Origin: Pseudomonadota bacterium
GTDB taxonomy: Bacteria; Myxococcota_A; Polyangia; JAAYKL01
Assembly: GCA_023229365.1 (NCBI GenBank)
Contig: JALNZK010000012.1
Coordinates: 3,472 to 67,471, forward strand
Direction: 5' to 3'
Length of the DNA stretch: 64,000 nucleotides
Below are positions 63,913 through 64,000 of this stretch, one piece after another. Each line of letters opens with the position of its first letter. The stretch's first letter is position 1. Made by a program: the position numbers and the translations under genes. A model generated the notes under the pieces. The model searched no databases. It worked only from the letters and a program-made list of their open reading frames with translations, and had not been told where the DNA came from.

Positions 63913-64000
63913 ACGCTTCCTCCCCTCGTTGTCTTTGCCTTCTCCAGCGTCTCGAAACACGGTACCACAGAACACCGGCGCGCGCTGGGCGCTCGAGAGG

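Noticed and set aside
1-64000. Mobile elements, CRISPR arrays, prophage or integrative island
   Set aside because: There are no transposase, integrase or phage structural-protein signatures and no regularly spaced repeat arrays. The only DNA repeats are intragenic codon repeats for (S/T-D)n linkers.

Overview
This window is about 70% GC and looks like chromosomal DNA from a myxobacterium (Myxococcales-like). The indications are many lipoproteins with Ser/Thr-Asp acidic linkers, Myxococcus cysteine-rich repeats, SBBP (WHTF) and FG-GAP beta-propeller proteins, FGE-sulfatase domains and a MYXO-CTERM-like tail. I could support about 60 protein genes and a tandem pair of tRNA-Ser genes. I saw no transposases, integrases or CRISPR arrays.

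Recognisable housekeeping genes include coaBC, lgt, an rluD-like gene, rlmI, apbE, bioB, malQ, iorAB with a ptb-like gene, mlaFE-like genes, larE, a GGDEF cyclase and a hybrid PAS histidine kinase.

The loci I would look at first:
- a DUF2064 / DUF1848 gene pair; DUF1848 carries its CxxxCxxC cluster at the C-terminus, like a permuted radical SAM enzyme
- a fused PntC-like cytidylyltransferase and 2-aminoethylphosphonate transaminase, sitting behind an unusually AT-rich leader
- a short radical SAM/SPASM enzyme in a three-gene unit between two large Thr-Asp-repeat lipoproteins, with no small precursor peptide
- a four-gene, translationally coupled membrane operon of uncharacterised proteins upstream of a GGDEF cyclase
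- bioB overlapping a ThiF/MoeB-type E1 gene
- a B12-binding radical SAM gene divergent from a small double zinc-ribbon protein
- eight secreted proteins carrying slippage-prone (S/T-D)n DNA repeats.

Many of the long ORFs in the six-frame track are antisense or out-of-frame artefacts of the high GC content and were rejected.
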